Shown: positions 1 to 11,621 of the stretch, in pieces
Layout: each line of letters begins with the position of its first letter
How positions within the stretch are numbered: position 1 is the first letter of the stretch
Assembly (NCBI GenBank): GCA_030141605.1
Contig: JAQGDQ010000035.1
Span: forward strand, 124,001-188,000
Direction of reading: 5' to 3'
DNA: 64,000 bases
Source: Tubiluchus corallicola
Taxonomy: Eukaryota > Animalia > Priapulida
Translations under genes and position numbers: made by a program
Notes under the pieces: model-generated
The model's database searches: none
Told to the model about the DNA's origin: nothing
What the model saw: only the letters and a program-made list of their open reading frames with translations

Positions 1-102
1 TTAATGTACCGGGTAAGTTATTATTTTTTTAAATGTCTCTTTGGTATTGGAGAGAAATCGATTGTTCTGCAGCCAATCAACGTATCTGCATAAGCTCTCT
101 GC

Positions 103-488
103 ATGCCCGTCGACGTCATTGATACGTCGACAGAGGTCAACGAGATGAGTCAGCCTAAGCAAGGCGTGTCGCGTTCGACTATGAAGCGATATTCTTATCC
201 TAAACCTGCGACTTGGCCAAACCTGGAGAAGTCACTGAAACACTGGGTCCAATCTCAGAGGATGAGTGGATTGTCAGTGTCTACAAAGATGATCATGGAC
301 CAAGGGAGGAGGATTGCTAGAGAGATGGTGGAGAGCAATGAGAACGGAGAAGAGACTTGAGGAATTTAATGATTTCTATGATGAATAAAGTTATTCATTA
401 CCAAAAAACTTTTTTCCAGAATTTTCGCCTAAAAATTGAAGGGGTCTCTTATACACAAGGGTCTCTTATACATGGGAAAATACGGTAT
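103..488 (+). mobile_element. Pogo/Tigger-like DNA transposon remnant (HTH-CENPB fragment plus right terminus)
   Basis: ORF 103-360 contains WPNLEKSLKHWVQSQRMSGLSVSTKMI, resembling the CENPB-type HTH of pogo transposases. The region ends in ...CATGGGAAAATACGG-TA (471-488), matching the CCGTATTTT-type TIR and TA target of pogo-like elements. No DDE domain. Confidence 0.6.
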
Positions 489-3086
489 TTTGCAATGTGC
501 ATTGAAATTTGTCTCTTCATACAAATACATAAATATTGAATACACATTCCAAAGTTATTATAGTTAAAGTTGGTAAATGCATGATACCAGGCTCCACTTT
601 TTAGGGAGACTAGTCATTTGTGATTGTAGACAGTCCGTCCATGTCACTTAATTTTATGATGTTGTTTTAATTATTGTACTTTAACTTTATAATAATTGTA
701 ACTTTCAAATATAACTATCAATACATTCCATAGCATGTGTGGCTGTTTTTCCCAGATTGTCAACATTTTTAGTATTAAAATTATAATTATAAATTTTATC
801 AGCATTTAAATGAAATGTTAAGCTTTTTAACTTAGCAGCACAAAAAGCAAGTGCATTTTCAAAAAATTCTAATAGTGAGCCATACTTTTGTGTTTCAAGA
901 CTAAAACGTTTTCATTAACATTATTATTCTATGTCTGTTAACTAATCATTATTGTCGTTCTTCTATGTCTGTTAGTTGTTAACATCATTGTTCTATGCCT
1001 GTTAGTGATACATATAATTATTTGCTTAGACAACCTCTAAACAAAAGTCAATCATTCATTTGCCTGATTGACACAATCTTCATGAATTTATCAAAGCATA
1101 CTATTATTTATTTGTTTGTACTACTTTTGTTTGTCAACTGTGCTACTGTGACATCTTACAAGACATACTGCATCTCCTGGTGTCATTATTCAGAGTGAAC
1201 ATAAAGTGTTTCCCTAATTAAGAAAATTATTTATTGTACAAACATTCATTTAGTTTCTTGCAGCTTATATCCTTATCTCTTTTTCTCCTTACTGGTGAAC
1301 TTCAATGTGTGCTCTATTATTTCCTGCAGCATCTAAGCGATACTCGATTTCATGCCGTTTCCTAGTAAAAACGTGAAAGAAGGAACACTTTAGGAACTAG
1401 TGAACAGTTAATCCTTCGTATGCTCCATAAAAAATACAGATGTGGTGATAGTGAAAGCGTGGCCATTGGTGTCCATCTCTCTTGCTGGTTTGAAAGTCTC
1501 AGTAGAATAACCTCGCTAAGCATTTGATCGCTGAATGCTGTTACTGACAATGGCAGCATTTTGACTTGGATGGTTGACTGGTTGCAGAGCCATCTGTAGG
1601 GGCAAATGTTTATACGTGTGTAAGAAAATCTATGAAATTCGTCTTCATGGTACTACATTTGTATTTAGACTGGTCTTCAAGATATGATTTTCCATAACTA
1701 GGGAAAGGCTTTGTGCTTACTCTGTATTCGTAGTGCTAAATCAATTAATACTTTGTGGAAATTAATAAATATGATGCAAAAAAATAACACAAGTATATTT
1801 TTTTCTAAATTTAATGAACTTTTTTACATTTAAGCTGACTAGCTCAAATTTCAATATCCGTTTATTGGGAAGACTAACACAGCTGTGCATATCCATCATT
1901 AAATAAACTGCTGGAAATTACTAATGGCACATTCAGACGTACAGATTTCTCTCGCAACTTGTTGCACCCTTCTCTGAAAGCAAGTTGCCCAACCATTCAC
2001 ACGTTGCAACTTTACTCTCAGAGAGAAGCTGAGCAACAAGTTGCGAGAGAAGTACTATGAACATGCCATGAGACTGATAGAACTTTATTGTTGTTAAACT
2101 TTGCTCTTTGTTTGTACACATTCTTTTACGCTGATTTCTTTACATAACATAACTTAACATAACGTAGAAGGTTTTAATAACTACAGCCTTGCCATCGGAT
2201 ACTATTTTACACTGACAAATAGTTAGATGAATTTGTAAAAGCATGTTTAAAAATCAGAACTTGGGTAAACAAAATCAACAACTTAACAAAATCAAGTGAA
2301 TTTCTAATGTCGCCGGTAAATTAATTAATTGGCTTTTGTTGGTTTGGGCCCTGTCTATAATAGTACCTAGCAAAATTTATCGTACATAAACAATAAGGTA
2401 ACAATCAAATTCTTACATTGTAATACGAATAATAAGCAGTAAGATGCACGAATCCTGTACAAAAACTGTATGATGTGTAATACAATAAATAACAACAGTA
2501 ATAGAAATATGTACAGTACATATACATAATTTAAGATGAAACACAGACTTTTATATGACTGAGTCTTTATGTAAACAGAGACCCTCAAAATTAAAATGTG
2601 TACATGGATAAATATATTACCATTGATTAGCTTTAATATAAATTTTCAAATAACTATTCTCCGTGTAATTCCTGCCATAAAGAGGTTTTTAATATTGTGC
2701 ATATTTTAAAACAGCAACTCATTAAAAAACAATATTGTTACAGTATATTTAATTTTTAGCATAAACTAAGGAAGAATGGAACATATCATCACACAGTTTT
2801 ACTCATTTATTAAAAATTTGATAATATAGGTAGTCTGGTCAAAAAGGGAATTAGTTACCTGGCATAAACATGTGCAGAAATGAATGCTGATTAAAAATTG
2901 CAAACACGCAGAGTTGCAGCTTCGGGTTCAAATCCTGCAATTGCAACTGCCTACACGTCAAACTCTTCTTATATGAGATTATACTTTTACAGAACTCTCA
3001 TCAACATTCAGAACAATTCATCCTACTACAGAAGTGGCTACTCGACACATTTAGTGAAAAAAAGACAGTCTGGCACCAACATGATA

Positions 3087-5042
3087 TCAGGTGTTATTTA
3101 TAAGAAATGGTTTGGCAGCTTCCAAAATATCCAAATCAGGATTGAGAGATCGACCTAAACCCTCTAAAACCATTATAGCTAAAATAACTGAAGCAAAATT
3201 GCTCTCAAGTTTAACTTTATGAACCACTAAACAGTTTAAAACATTGCTGAGTAAGTCAGATACACGCATTTTACCTAACTGGATTGTTTGATCACGAGCT
3301 TGAGTGACTATAGCAGCCATCTCTTTGACATAACTTGCTTCATCAGTGCAACAGTGGGAGCGAGATTTGTCTAACAATAATTTCGCTACAGTTTCTCCAT
3401 CGCCATCAGCGACAGCTGCAAACACAGATTTCAGATTAGCAAGATCATTTTCAGATAAAGATGCAGTTATGCCACAATCAAACAACACCAACCGAACTGG
3501 ACTATCTACATGCTTTACATTCACAAGTACCGTGTCGCACATATCTACAAGCATCAACTTCTGTTCTTGAGTAGAGGAATATAGTTCTGAGTTCTGTACA
3601 ATTATGTTACCTGGATGAAGATCACCGTGCACAAAATTGTCGACAAAAACCATTTGCATTAATGCATTTACTCCATATTCTGCAAGTTTTTCTTTTAGAC
3701 CTGCATATTCTGATTTCACATCATCGTCAACACTAAGGAAATTATTTATTGGCTTACCTTCTTCAAACTGTTCGACTAGTACATGACTTTTTACATAAGG
3801 TCGTATTGGTCGTGGGACCCTTACGTTAGGATTCTGCTCAAATATAGCCCAAAACTTTTCAAGGTTATCTGCCTCAATCCTCAGGTCAATTTGATTCAGC
3901 ATCAATTGGGAAAATTCCTCCACACACTCAGATAAGCTGACCCAGCGTAAGCTAGGAAGCAGAAATTCGGCAACTTTAGTCACACATCTTAATAAAGTTA
4001 GATCTGTGCAGATAGTAGAATAAATACCAGGATGTAATACCTTAACAGCTACAGGGACAAGACCTGCCAGATCTTCGGCACTATCTTTGTTAACAGATAC
4101 TCTATCGGCTTCAGCTGCTGTACCATGTTCAGCAGTGTCCTTGTTTTTTGAACTTTCTACACTATCTTCTAGTTCTGTCTCATCTGCACTAAGCATAGCA
4201 CCTAAACCTAGAATTTCTGCACCTTCACTAAAATCTATTTCAAATGGCTCTGGCTCAAAACTTTCTTCAATGTCAGCCAGTATGGAATCGTCTAAAACCA
4301 AATCAGAAGGTATGTATGCTTTGTAGATTTGAGCAATACAGCCAGAACCGACAGGTTGTCTGTGATTATCAAATTTCACGAAAATCTTTTTCCAGTTGGG
4401 TCCAAATGCCCTTTCAAGCCGCTGCTTCGTAAAATACCATGAATGTGGTTCAACCTTTCTTTGTAAACGTGAAAAAGTTTCACAAAATTCAACAGAAAAT
4501 AGATCTCTTCGAGTACTAGCCCACTGTCCAAGCTTTAACATGGTTGGACCAGAATACTCGACTGCAATAATCAGAAGGTTTAGGTAAAACTGTTTACTGC
4601 TTGCTCCACAATATATTAGCGGATACAAAATCACCAGTGGAGTAAATGTTACTATAAATCGTAGGGCACGCATACTTATTCTCACTAGCATCCACAGATT
4701 GGCTAGTAATCGCAATAATATATTTTGCTTCCTTGGTTTCTTTGAAACAGTCAGTGTATTTACAGAAGAAAGAAACTTGCTATTGGTTGCACTGATTAGC
4801 GTGCCAGCAGATGGCGTAACAATGGCCGCTGTCATTATTGCAGTGAATTTAATCTTACGACTAGACTTGCCATGCGTCTTACGTGCCACACGACACACCT
4901 TGCGCGTTGTCCGATGGAAAGAGCAAATTTGTACGTTTAATTTTGAACCCATTTTTATAAACGGCAAACAGTGACTGTCTATAATCGACATAAGGAAAGT
5001 CCGCGGATATGAAAATTTGTTAAAAAATAATTTGGCCATCAT
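3087..5042 (-). CDS. ADCK2: aarF-domain/ABC1 (UbiB family) atypical kinase, ADCK2-like; intronless 651-aa CDS
   Basis: UbiB motifs: GPTMLKLGQWASTRRDLF (KxGQ), VGSGCIAQIY, VAVKVLHP, DNFVHGDLHPGNI, FDCG, and C-terminal HKVKLESNFASVILAIMVLEGLGRSLNPDLDILEAAKPFL, typical of ADCK2. Basic N-terminus consistent with a mitochondrial targeting peptide. Confidence 0.93.
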   Translation of the reverse strand: MMAKLFFNKFSYPRTFLMSIIDSHCLPFIKMGSKLNVQICSFHRTTRKVCRVARKTHGKSSRKIKFTAIMTAAIVTPSAGTLISATNSKFLSSVNTLTVSKKPRKQNILLRLLANLWMLVRISMRALRFIVTFTPLVILYPLIYCGASSKQFYLNLLIIAVEYSGPTMLKLGQWASTRRDLFSVEFCETFSRLQRKVEPHSWYFTKQRLERAFGPNWKKIFVKFDNHRQPVGSGCIAQIYKAYIPSDLVLDDSILADIEESFEPEPFEIDFSEGAEILGLGAMLSADETELEDSVESSKNKDTAEHGTAAEADRVSVNKDSAEDLAGLVPVAVKVLHPGIYSTICTDLTLLRCVTKVAEFLLPSLRWVSLSECVEEFSQLMLNQIDLRIEADNLEKFWAIFEQNPNVRVPRPIRPYVKSHVLVEQFEEGKPINNFLSVDDDVKSEYAGLKEKLAEYGVNALMQMVFVDNFVHGDLHPGNIIVQNSELYSSTQEQKLMLVDMCDTVLVNVKHVDSPVRLVLFDCGITASLSENDLANLKSVFAAVADGDGETVAKLLLDKSRSHCCTDEASYVKEMAAIVTQARDQTIQLGKMRVSDLLSNVLNCLVVHKVKLESNFASVILAIMVLEGLGRSLNPDLDILEAAKPFLINNT

Positions 5043-5327
5043 ATAAAGAAAGCACTAAACAAATAGCTGTCAGAAATGTTGAACACATAGTAAATGCCAG
5101 CCTACCAGGCTCCCCGATCAAATATATTGTTAGTGCACTGCCGTCACTATCCTAAATCAGAAAAATATTGCGTATAGTCATTTATAGGACGAATACACGT
5201 ATAATAAATACTGTGGCAAAATAGCAAAATTTCACAACAGACTATTATGATGATGGTAGAAACGTCTTGACTTTCAATATGTGCAAAAATTATGATGTTT
5301 AATCAAATAAACACATGAAAGTAATAC

Positions 5328-6201
5328 CAAATCAGGAAGTCTGCCAATTTGTTTGCACCTCTTCAATGGGACTCAAACTGAAGACATTTTGCCTCTGAAA
5401 GAAAATATAATGCAGTTTACTATATTTTTCCTATGTACACAACAAAGTGAAGTTATGTGATAGCAGATACATACATGAAAAATCTAGTCATTTTTCACTT
5501 GTCAATTCCAATCCCATTATCCTAGTCTGGGCTGCAAGGCACTGAAAAAAGAGGAAAATACAGAACATATATTTATTGCAATAACATATATTTTTGTAAG
5601 AAGTGTAAGTGCAGAATATTTGCAAAAAAATTCAAAGAATTCACAGCGCAGTTGCTGCACCCCTTATAAGACAACTCAGTTTCAAATCTTCAGCATTACG
5701 TGACAATGGACAATCTGCAATTTCCATCTTCAAAATCAAATACAATTTGGTACATTTACACATACCCCCTCTTTGTTCCAATACTACCCAATCCAAAATT
5801 GATGATTTGAGCCTCACCGTATCCCCTCGCTGTGCACAGCCTCGCCACATTCTCTAGGGCCCGTGGAGCACCTTGCCACTCTTGTACCACGAACAAGACT
5901 ACATCGCAAGGCGGTACACAGTGAGGTGAGCACATGTAAAATGGGACACAACGGGGCGTAACGCGCTACCGAGTATATGTCAAGACGGTACGAGGCGCCG
6001 CGGTACATAGCGAGACACGTAAAACATCCCTAGAAATCTCAGTGCCGAACTAATTAAATTAGTTTTTATTGCACAATTAAATGTCTAATTAACATCACAA
6101 AAGCCCGTGAGTAAACTCCACATTTCTAACATTATTAAGAAAACAAGTCAGCAAATGACAGGACTTACGCAAATCTGCAGTTCGTACATTTCAACATTTG
6201 C
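5328..6201 (-). other. Putative spliced 5' leader exons of ADCK2 (6201-6169, 6029-5818, 5394-5328)
   Basis: Minus-strand splice signals: tttttag|...TGC|gtaagt; atttctag|...ACG|gtgagg; ttctttcag|...TTG|gtatta (weak donor). A further acceptor (ttctgacag) lies at ~5068, just upstream of the ADCK2 ATG. No transcript evidence. Confidence 0.45.
5812..6030 (-). ncRNA. Candidate structured RNA element (unassigned family)
   Basis: GC/CpG-rich island in AT-rich DNA. Manual pairing on the minus strand gives four stacked helices (about 39 bp, about 11 of them G-U) over 5926-5812, plus a second nested hairpin domain at 6030-5943. Confidence 0.4.
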
Positions 6202-6396
6202 CTAAAAATTTTTGGTCAAAACCATCAAACAAAGCCAACAATGCGTTAAAATCTTTGCTCTGCAATATGGGACATCTGCGCCGTATTGGTTTTTTTAAAT
6301 TCAGTAATACGCAGCTCCTTGAACTCTGTGGCTCATTATTAACAATGTCAGTTTAGGGAACTACAGCTCTCACTAAGGACAAAGTTATATCATTGA

Positions 6397-9300
6397 GTAA
6401 GTAAGTATCTTTATTTATCACCTTTTTTACAAGAAAAACACAGAGCATGAAATGATAATATGATACAAAGTGACAAGATTATTAAATGAGTAAATTATCT
6501 GAGTTAATGATGTTCAAGTGATTGGTGAAAGGGTGGCGAAAAACTAAAAGTTACCAAATCAACCACCCTGTAAGTAATGTTGCTATTAGTAATATGCGCA
6601 AGTATCTTGACGAAGATTTCAGAATAAGGTGTGTAAAACTATTGAGATTAAGTTTAAATTTGAACATAAATATCAAGGACATTAAGGCATAATAAATACA
6701 TATAATGTTGATATTCTAAGCAATGTGTAAATTTATGCAGATAGAATTGCCTTACCTCTTAACTTTCATTTACATGTTAGTACTGAATATGGCACATTTA
6801 CAATAAGGCATCTAGATAGTTATGAGGCTTCTATCTGCTGTAAAATTACATTATAATGATTAGTACTAATGGCTGCATATATTATATATATACATGTACA
6901 TATACATACATATGCATATATTATATACCTAATTGGATACATGCGCTTACTTATGCGCATATGCATAGACACGTATATATGCACATATATACACATACAT
7001 ATACATATATGCACATGTACATATAGACATACACATAAATATGCATACCTAGCAGAAAAAACAAAAAAAACCAAAGTTGTTAAGACTGACAAGCAATTGG
7101 GGTATAGACATAACATAAAGTACAATTTCACAAGTAGCAGTGCAATAATATATATAAAGATGGCGTTGTTACTATTTCTATTTTTACTATCTCTATGGCA
7201 AAATTAATGGTTAGTATCACTGTAAGTTAGGGTTAAGATCTTCAGCACACATAATAAGTGAGTTTTTACCATTCATATGTATATACGGGTTGGCGAGTTC
7301 AAATTGAGTGTAATATTAGTTTAAGTTTTAGTTGTGTAAACAGTTCCAAGACTAGGTATAAAAAGAAATAAGCATGTTTTTGTAGTTTGACACAAGGTAA
7401 TTAAGAGATTTGTTTTTGAACTTCTGAGGAACAGAGTTCCAAATTCGTGGGCCTTGATACTTGAGTGAACATTGAGCTTTGGTTGTATTGCATCTTTTGA
7501 CACTGTAGGTATTACTTGATGCAAACCACGTTTGGTAGTTATGCAAAGCTGAAGGTTCACTCAAGTATCCATTAAATAGTTTAGGTAGCTTATGATTCTT
7601 GAATTTGAAAACAAATTTAGCCATTTCTAGGTTATAGATATCAGTTATTTTTAAAATTCTTAGTTGATTATAGTAAGGTGTTGCATGGTCCCTGTAACCA
7701 GCAAAGCAGACAGCTTTTACAATTTTATTTTGAGGTACAGCAACATTGTGTATTATAGTTTTGTTGGCTGATCCCCATGTAAGTATTCCGTATTGTAAGT
7801 AGGGAAAAACTAGTCCGTAATATATTAATTTCAAAGTTTGCGTATCTAGGTAGCACCAAAGTTTAAAAAATAATCCCGTTATTTTACTAATTTTATACGT
7901 TATATGTTTTATATGTGTACTCCAGTTAAGCTTGCTATCGATAAAAACACCCAGATATTTTATATCATTCAACCGACTAATATTTATATTATTAATATTA
8001 ACTTGGAAGTTGTCTACATCTGGATTAGGTTTTTGATTTGAAAAGAGAATAAACTTAGTTCTTTGATAGTTTAATGTTAGTTTATTTGCTTTTAATCAGG
8101 TATCAATTTTATTTAATTGTAGGTTGATAGTATTTTGTAGATTATGGATATCAGGTCCAGCCATAAATAGGTTAGTATCATCCGCAAACATTCGTGTATC
8201 AAGGTTAGTACAATCAGGGAGGTCATTAATATACAATAAAAATAGTAATGGTCCTAAGGTAGAGCCCTGAGGAATCCCACATGTGACCTGAGCTAATTTA
8301 GATTTTGTATCCCCAATGGCAGTAAACTGCTTGCGATTCGTAAGATACGAAACAAAGAATTCAAGTGCATGGCCTTTTATACCATAGTGGTTAAATTTAT
8401 CGATTAGTATATTGTGTCGGACAGTATCAAATGCTTTTTGTAGATCCAGAAAAATTCCACACGTGTACAATTTATTATCAACATTTTCTAGTATTCTATC
8501 AATTAATTCAGATGTAGCAAGAGCAGTAGAGTATGTTTTGCGAAAACCAAACTGAAAATCTGTTGGTATGTTAAATTTTGTTAAGAAAAGGTCAAAACGA
8601 TTATACACTAATTTTTCAAACATTTTTGATATTGGGGAATGTAATGAAATAGGTCTATAGTTATTTAATTCATTTGGTGATTCAGCTTTGTATATTGGAA
8701 CAATTTTAGCAATTTTTAGCTTATCATGTAATACAGCTTCTGCAACTGATTTATTAAATAGATCAGTTAGCAGAGGAGAAAGTACATGACTAATTATTTT
8801 GTAATACTGGATGGGTATCTCATCTGGTCCTGAAGATTTATTACTATTAAGGTTATTTATCTCATTAAGAATTTCCTGTTCATGAATTGGGGCAATGAAA
8901 AACATTTTTTGTACAGGGTTTTTAAGAAAGTCATTATGACTAGTGTTAGTTTTTTGGATTTTGGTAGCTAGCTTATTACCTACTGAGGTAAAGTGTTCAT
9001 TGAAAGCATCACATATAATTGCCTGGTTACTTGTTTTCATTCCATTGACTTCATTTTTATTAGGTAAGATGGCATCTTTGTTTTTACGGTTAGCTAAGTC
9101 ATCTATGGTGGTCTATATTTTTCTAGTATTGTTTTTATTGGTTTCCAATAGGTTCTTATAATATTGTTTTTTAGTATTTTCTTTAGTATGATCTAACGTA
9201 TTAGAGTAAGTTTTATAGTAATTTTGTTTATACAGGTTGTTAGAAAATTTATGTGTTTTATATAATTTACTTTTAGTCTTCATTGATTTTAAAAGTCCGG

Positions 9301-9793
9301 CCGTTATCCATGGTTTTTTGTATGTTTTGGTTTGTCGCTTAGAAAGAGTCTTATAAGGCAAGTGCTTATTAACTAGATTACTAAGGGTGTCAAAAAAACA
9401 TTAAAGGCTTCATTAGTGTGTAGAGTAGAATAGTCGATAGCATTAAAAACTTCGTTTAATTCACAAATAAAATTTTCTTTTACAAAATTAGTTTTATCCC
9501 TTATTACTACTTTGTGATTTTTTCGTTTAGATAAAGACTTGTTAATAATTGCAAAAACAGGTAAATGATCTGCTACTTCATAAAGTATGATACCAGGAGT
9601 TATAGGGTTTACTAAATCATTAGTATATATGTGATCGATCAAAGTTTGGGATCTATTGGTGATTCTAGCTGATTTGGTGATTAAAGGGAAAAAGCAGTTG
9701 GCAGATCATTGCAAGATAATTAGATACAAAAGTTTTGCTTTCATGGTGTAGCAGATTTATGTTAAAGTCCCCACAGATGTACGCAAGTTTACC
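6397..9793 (-). mobile_element. 5'-truncated, degenerate CR1/L2-group LINE (APE endonuclease end + reverse transcriptase + 3' UTR)
   Basis: Broken ORFs carry YICGDFNINLL and IDHIYTN..DHLPVF (APE endonuclease), KPWIT, NYRPISL, QFGFR, DLQKAFDTV, GIPQGSTLGPLLFLLYINDL, FADDT, KYLGV..LNW and YGILTWG. The 3' end has AATAAA followed by a short (TACT)n tail at ~6415-6397. Several stops and frameshifts. Confidence 0.9.
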
Positions 9794-10380
9794 TATGCAC
9801 TATGCTGATGATGTGGCACGGATTACAAGAAACAAAGAAGAATTAGATGAAATAAAAAACTCAGTAGAAGAATTAGGATGGATCTTGTGGTAAACAAAGA
9901 TAAAACTGAAGAGTTTCACATAATACGCCATGGTGATTCATGGAAAAAATGCAAGTATCTCGGTAGTTTGCTAGAAACAGAAAACAACATAATCAAGACG
10001 GAAGATAATGGCAATATCAGCATATTTCAAAACTCACTAAAGTTTATAAGAATAGGAAGATTTCTTTGGTAACAAAAATTATTAGAATATTCTTAGCCTT
10101 AGTTGAAACTGTATTTGTGTACAACTCTGGACTCCGGACATTAAAAGCAAATCATAAAGCTGAAAATGACGCGTTTCAAAGGCGAAATTACAGAAACACT
10201 TTTGATATCAGATAATCAAAGAAAATCTCAAATAAAGATCTATATGAAAAAATAAAAGAAGAAAAATAAAATGCGTCATTTAAAATGGATTATCTGATGA
10301 TAATCCAATGAAGAGACTCTTCAACAAGCCATAGAACCAACCAAGAAACCTGCAGGAGGACGAATGTTAATACATCTACG
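9794..10380 (+). mobile_element. Degenerate RTE-like non-LTR retrotransposon fragment (RT 3' half)
   Basis: Reads MHYADDVARIT..., then VNKDKTEEF..WKKCKYLGSLLETENNI, then IRIF..LVETVFVYNS (frameshifted). These are RT motif 5-7 and thumb residues. Clade assignment is approximate. Confidence 0.7.
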
Positions 10381-11033
10381 TTCAAAGGAGGGCAAACTTG
10401 AAAAAAAAGAGTAAACAAAAAACATAAAAATAGTAAGAAGGTGATCAACACTGTAAAAATGCAAGTGTTGCAATTAAGAGAAAAAGTAGCAACATAGTTT
10501 ATGCCATAAAATAATTGTAGTCAAACAAGGTAAAGAATGACAAGAAATCAGTGAAATGCGAAAACATGTAGGAAATGGAAAATCAAATCATTATAATTAT
10601 AAAAAAGCAAAATTAACGCTATAGGACCAAAGGTTGCGACAAAGTGGTTCAAATTCGAACAGGAAATACTATTCCACGAGGATTAAATGCTTGAAACAAA
10701 AATTCAATAATGAAAGTAATCCATAATTTAAAATTGTGGCGTTGCAGGCATCTGAATATCTCTAAGACAACCAAATAAAGGAACGAGTGAGAAAAAGTAA
10801 ATAGACAGAAGCCGGTTTACAATTGTGAATATCAAGGTGACTATCAATATTCAAACAATTCACACATAAAAGGAACAACATAAAGCTTAAATACATGTAC
10901 ACGACGATGCAGCAGCAATGACTAGTTTAAATTTCATTAAACAGCATCTATTAATTCTTTATTTTAATTAATTTAGAGCCTGAAATTTTCGTGGGCAATT
11001 AATTCAGGATCTAAATTAATCAAAATAAAAAAT

Positions 11034-11621
11034 TGTTAGAATAATTGGAAATGCTAAACTTTAATAAGTGGTTAGCCAGCTGTATGTCTTGCTCTATGTA
11101 TATGGGGTTGATCAAGGCTTTATTGGGCGTCAGACAGACTACCTGTAGCGATCTTGCTTTAATTGAATCTGGATACCCATCTCCTTTAGTTTGGATACGG
11201 TCTAGGCAGCAGATTACATGAGCAAAACGTATGGAAAATACTTTTCACCATGAACCTTTAATGAAAACTGTCGCCATAGCAAGAAATGCAGCAAGCTTCT
11301 TAAATGTCTTGACCAGCTTCAGGTGAATTAGCGGCCTGACTATGTACCGCAGCAGACAGTTTTGTTGGAACAAAGTATAAGGAATCGAGTTAATTCTACA
11401 CGTTGTGTAACCTACTTGGAATTGAACCACGGTCTCGAAACTCCTCGTTTTGAATCGACAATATTTGAGCACCATCGGAGAAGCTTCACAAGAATGTGTC
11501 TTCAATCACATAGGCTGCGGATAGAAACGGGTAGATAGGCAAGACAGCCAAGGAAAAATAGGTTATGTCCTTGTGGGGACATTCAAACTGAGAAGCACGT
11601 TATGCAGACATGCCCCTAACA
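11034..11621 (-). mobile_element. Possible solo LTR
   Basis: Higher-GC ~590-bp block bounded by TGTTAG...CTAACA inverted ends, with a minus-strand AATAAA at ~11120. No target-site duplication seen. Confidence 0.3.

Noticed and set aside
3346-4974. Plus-strand ORFs overlapping ADCK2, and minus-strand ORFs within the SLC16 exons
   Set aside because: Antisense shadows of real CDS with no family motifs.
5328-5345. Antizyme-type UCC-UGA-U +1 frameshift site on the minus strand
   Set aside because: No antizyme ORF2 follows; the short match is likely chance.
5328-5394. Selenoprotein readthrough of TGA in the FESH*RGANK frame
   Set aside because: No recognisable selenoprotein family or redox motif, and no SECIS identified.
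5945-5962. RNase MRP CR-V-like ACACAACGGGGCG on the plus strand
   Set aside because: No GAAAGUCCCC-type CR-I partner upstream to form P4, and the folding evidence favours the minus strand.
6820-7207. His/Tyr/Ile-rich ORFs
   Set aside because: Derived from a TA/CA low-complexity tract in the LINE 3' UTR.
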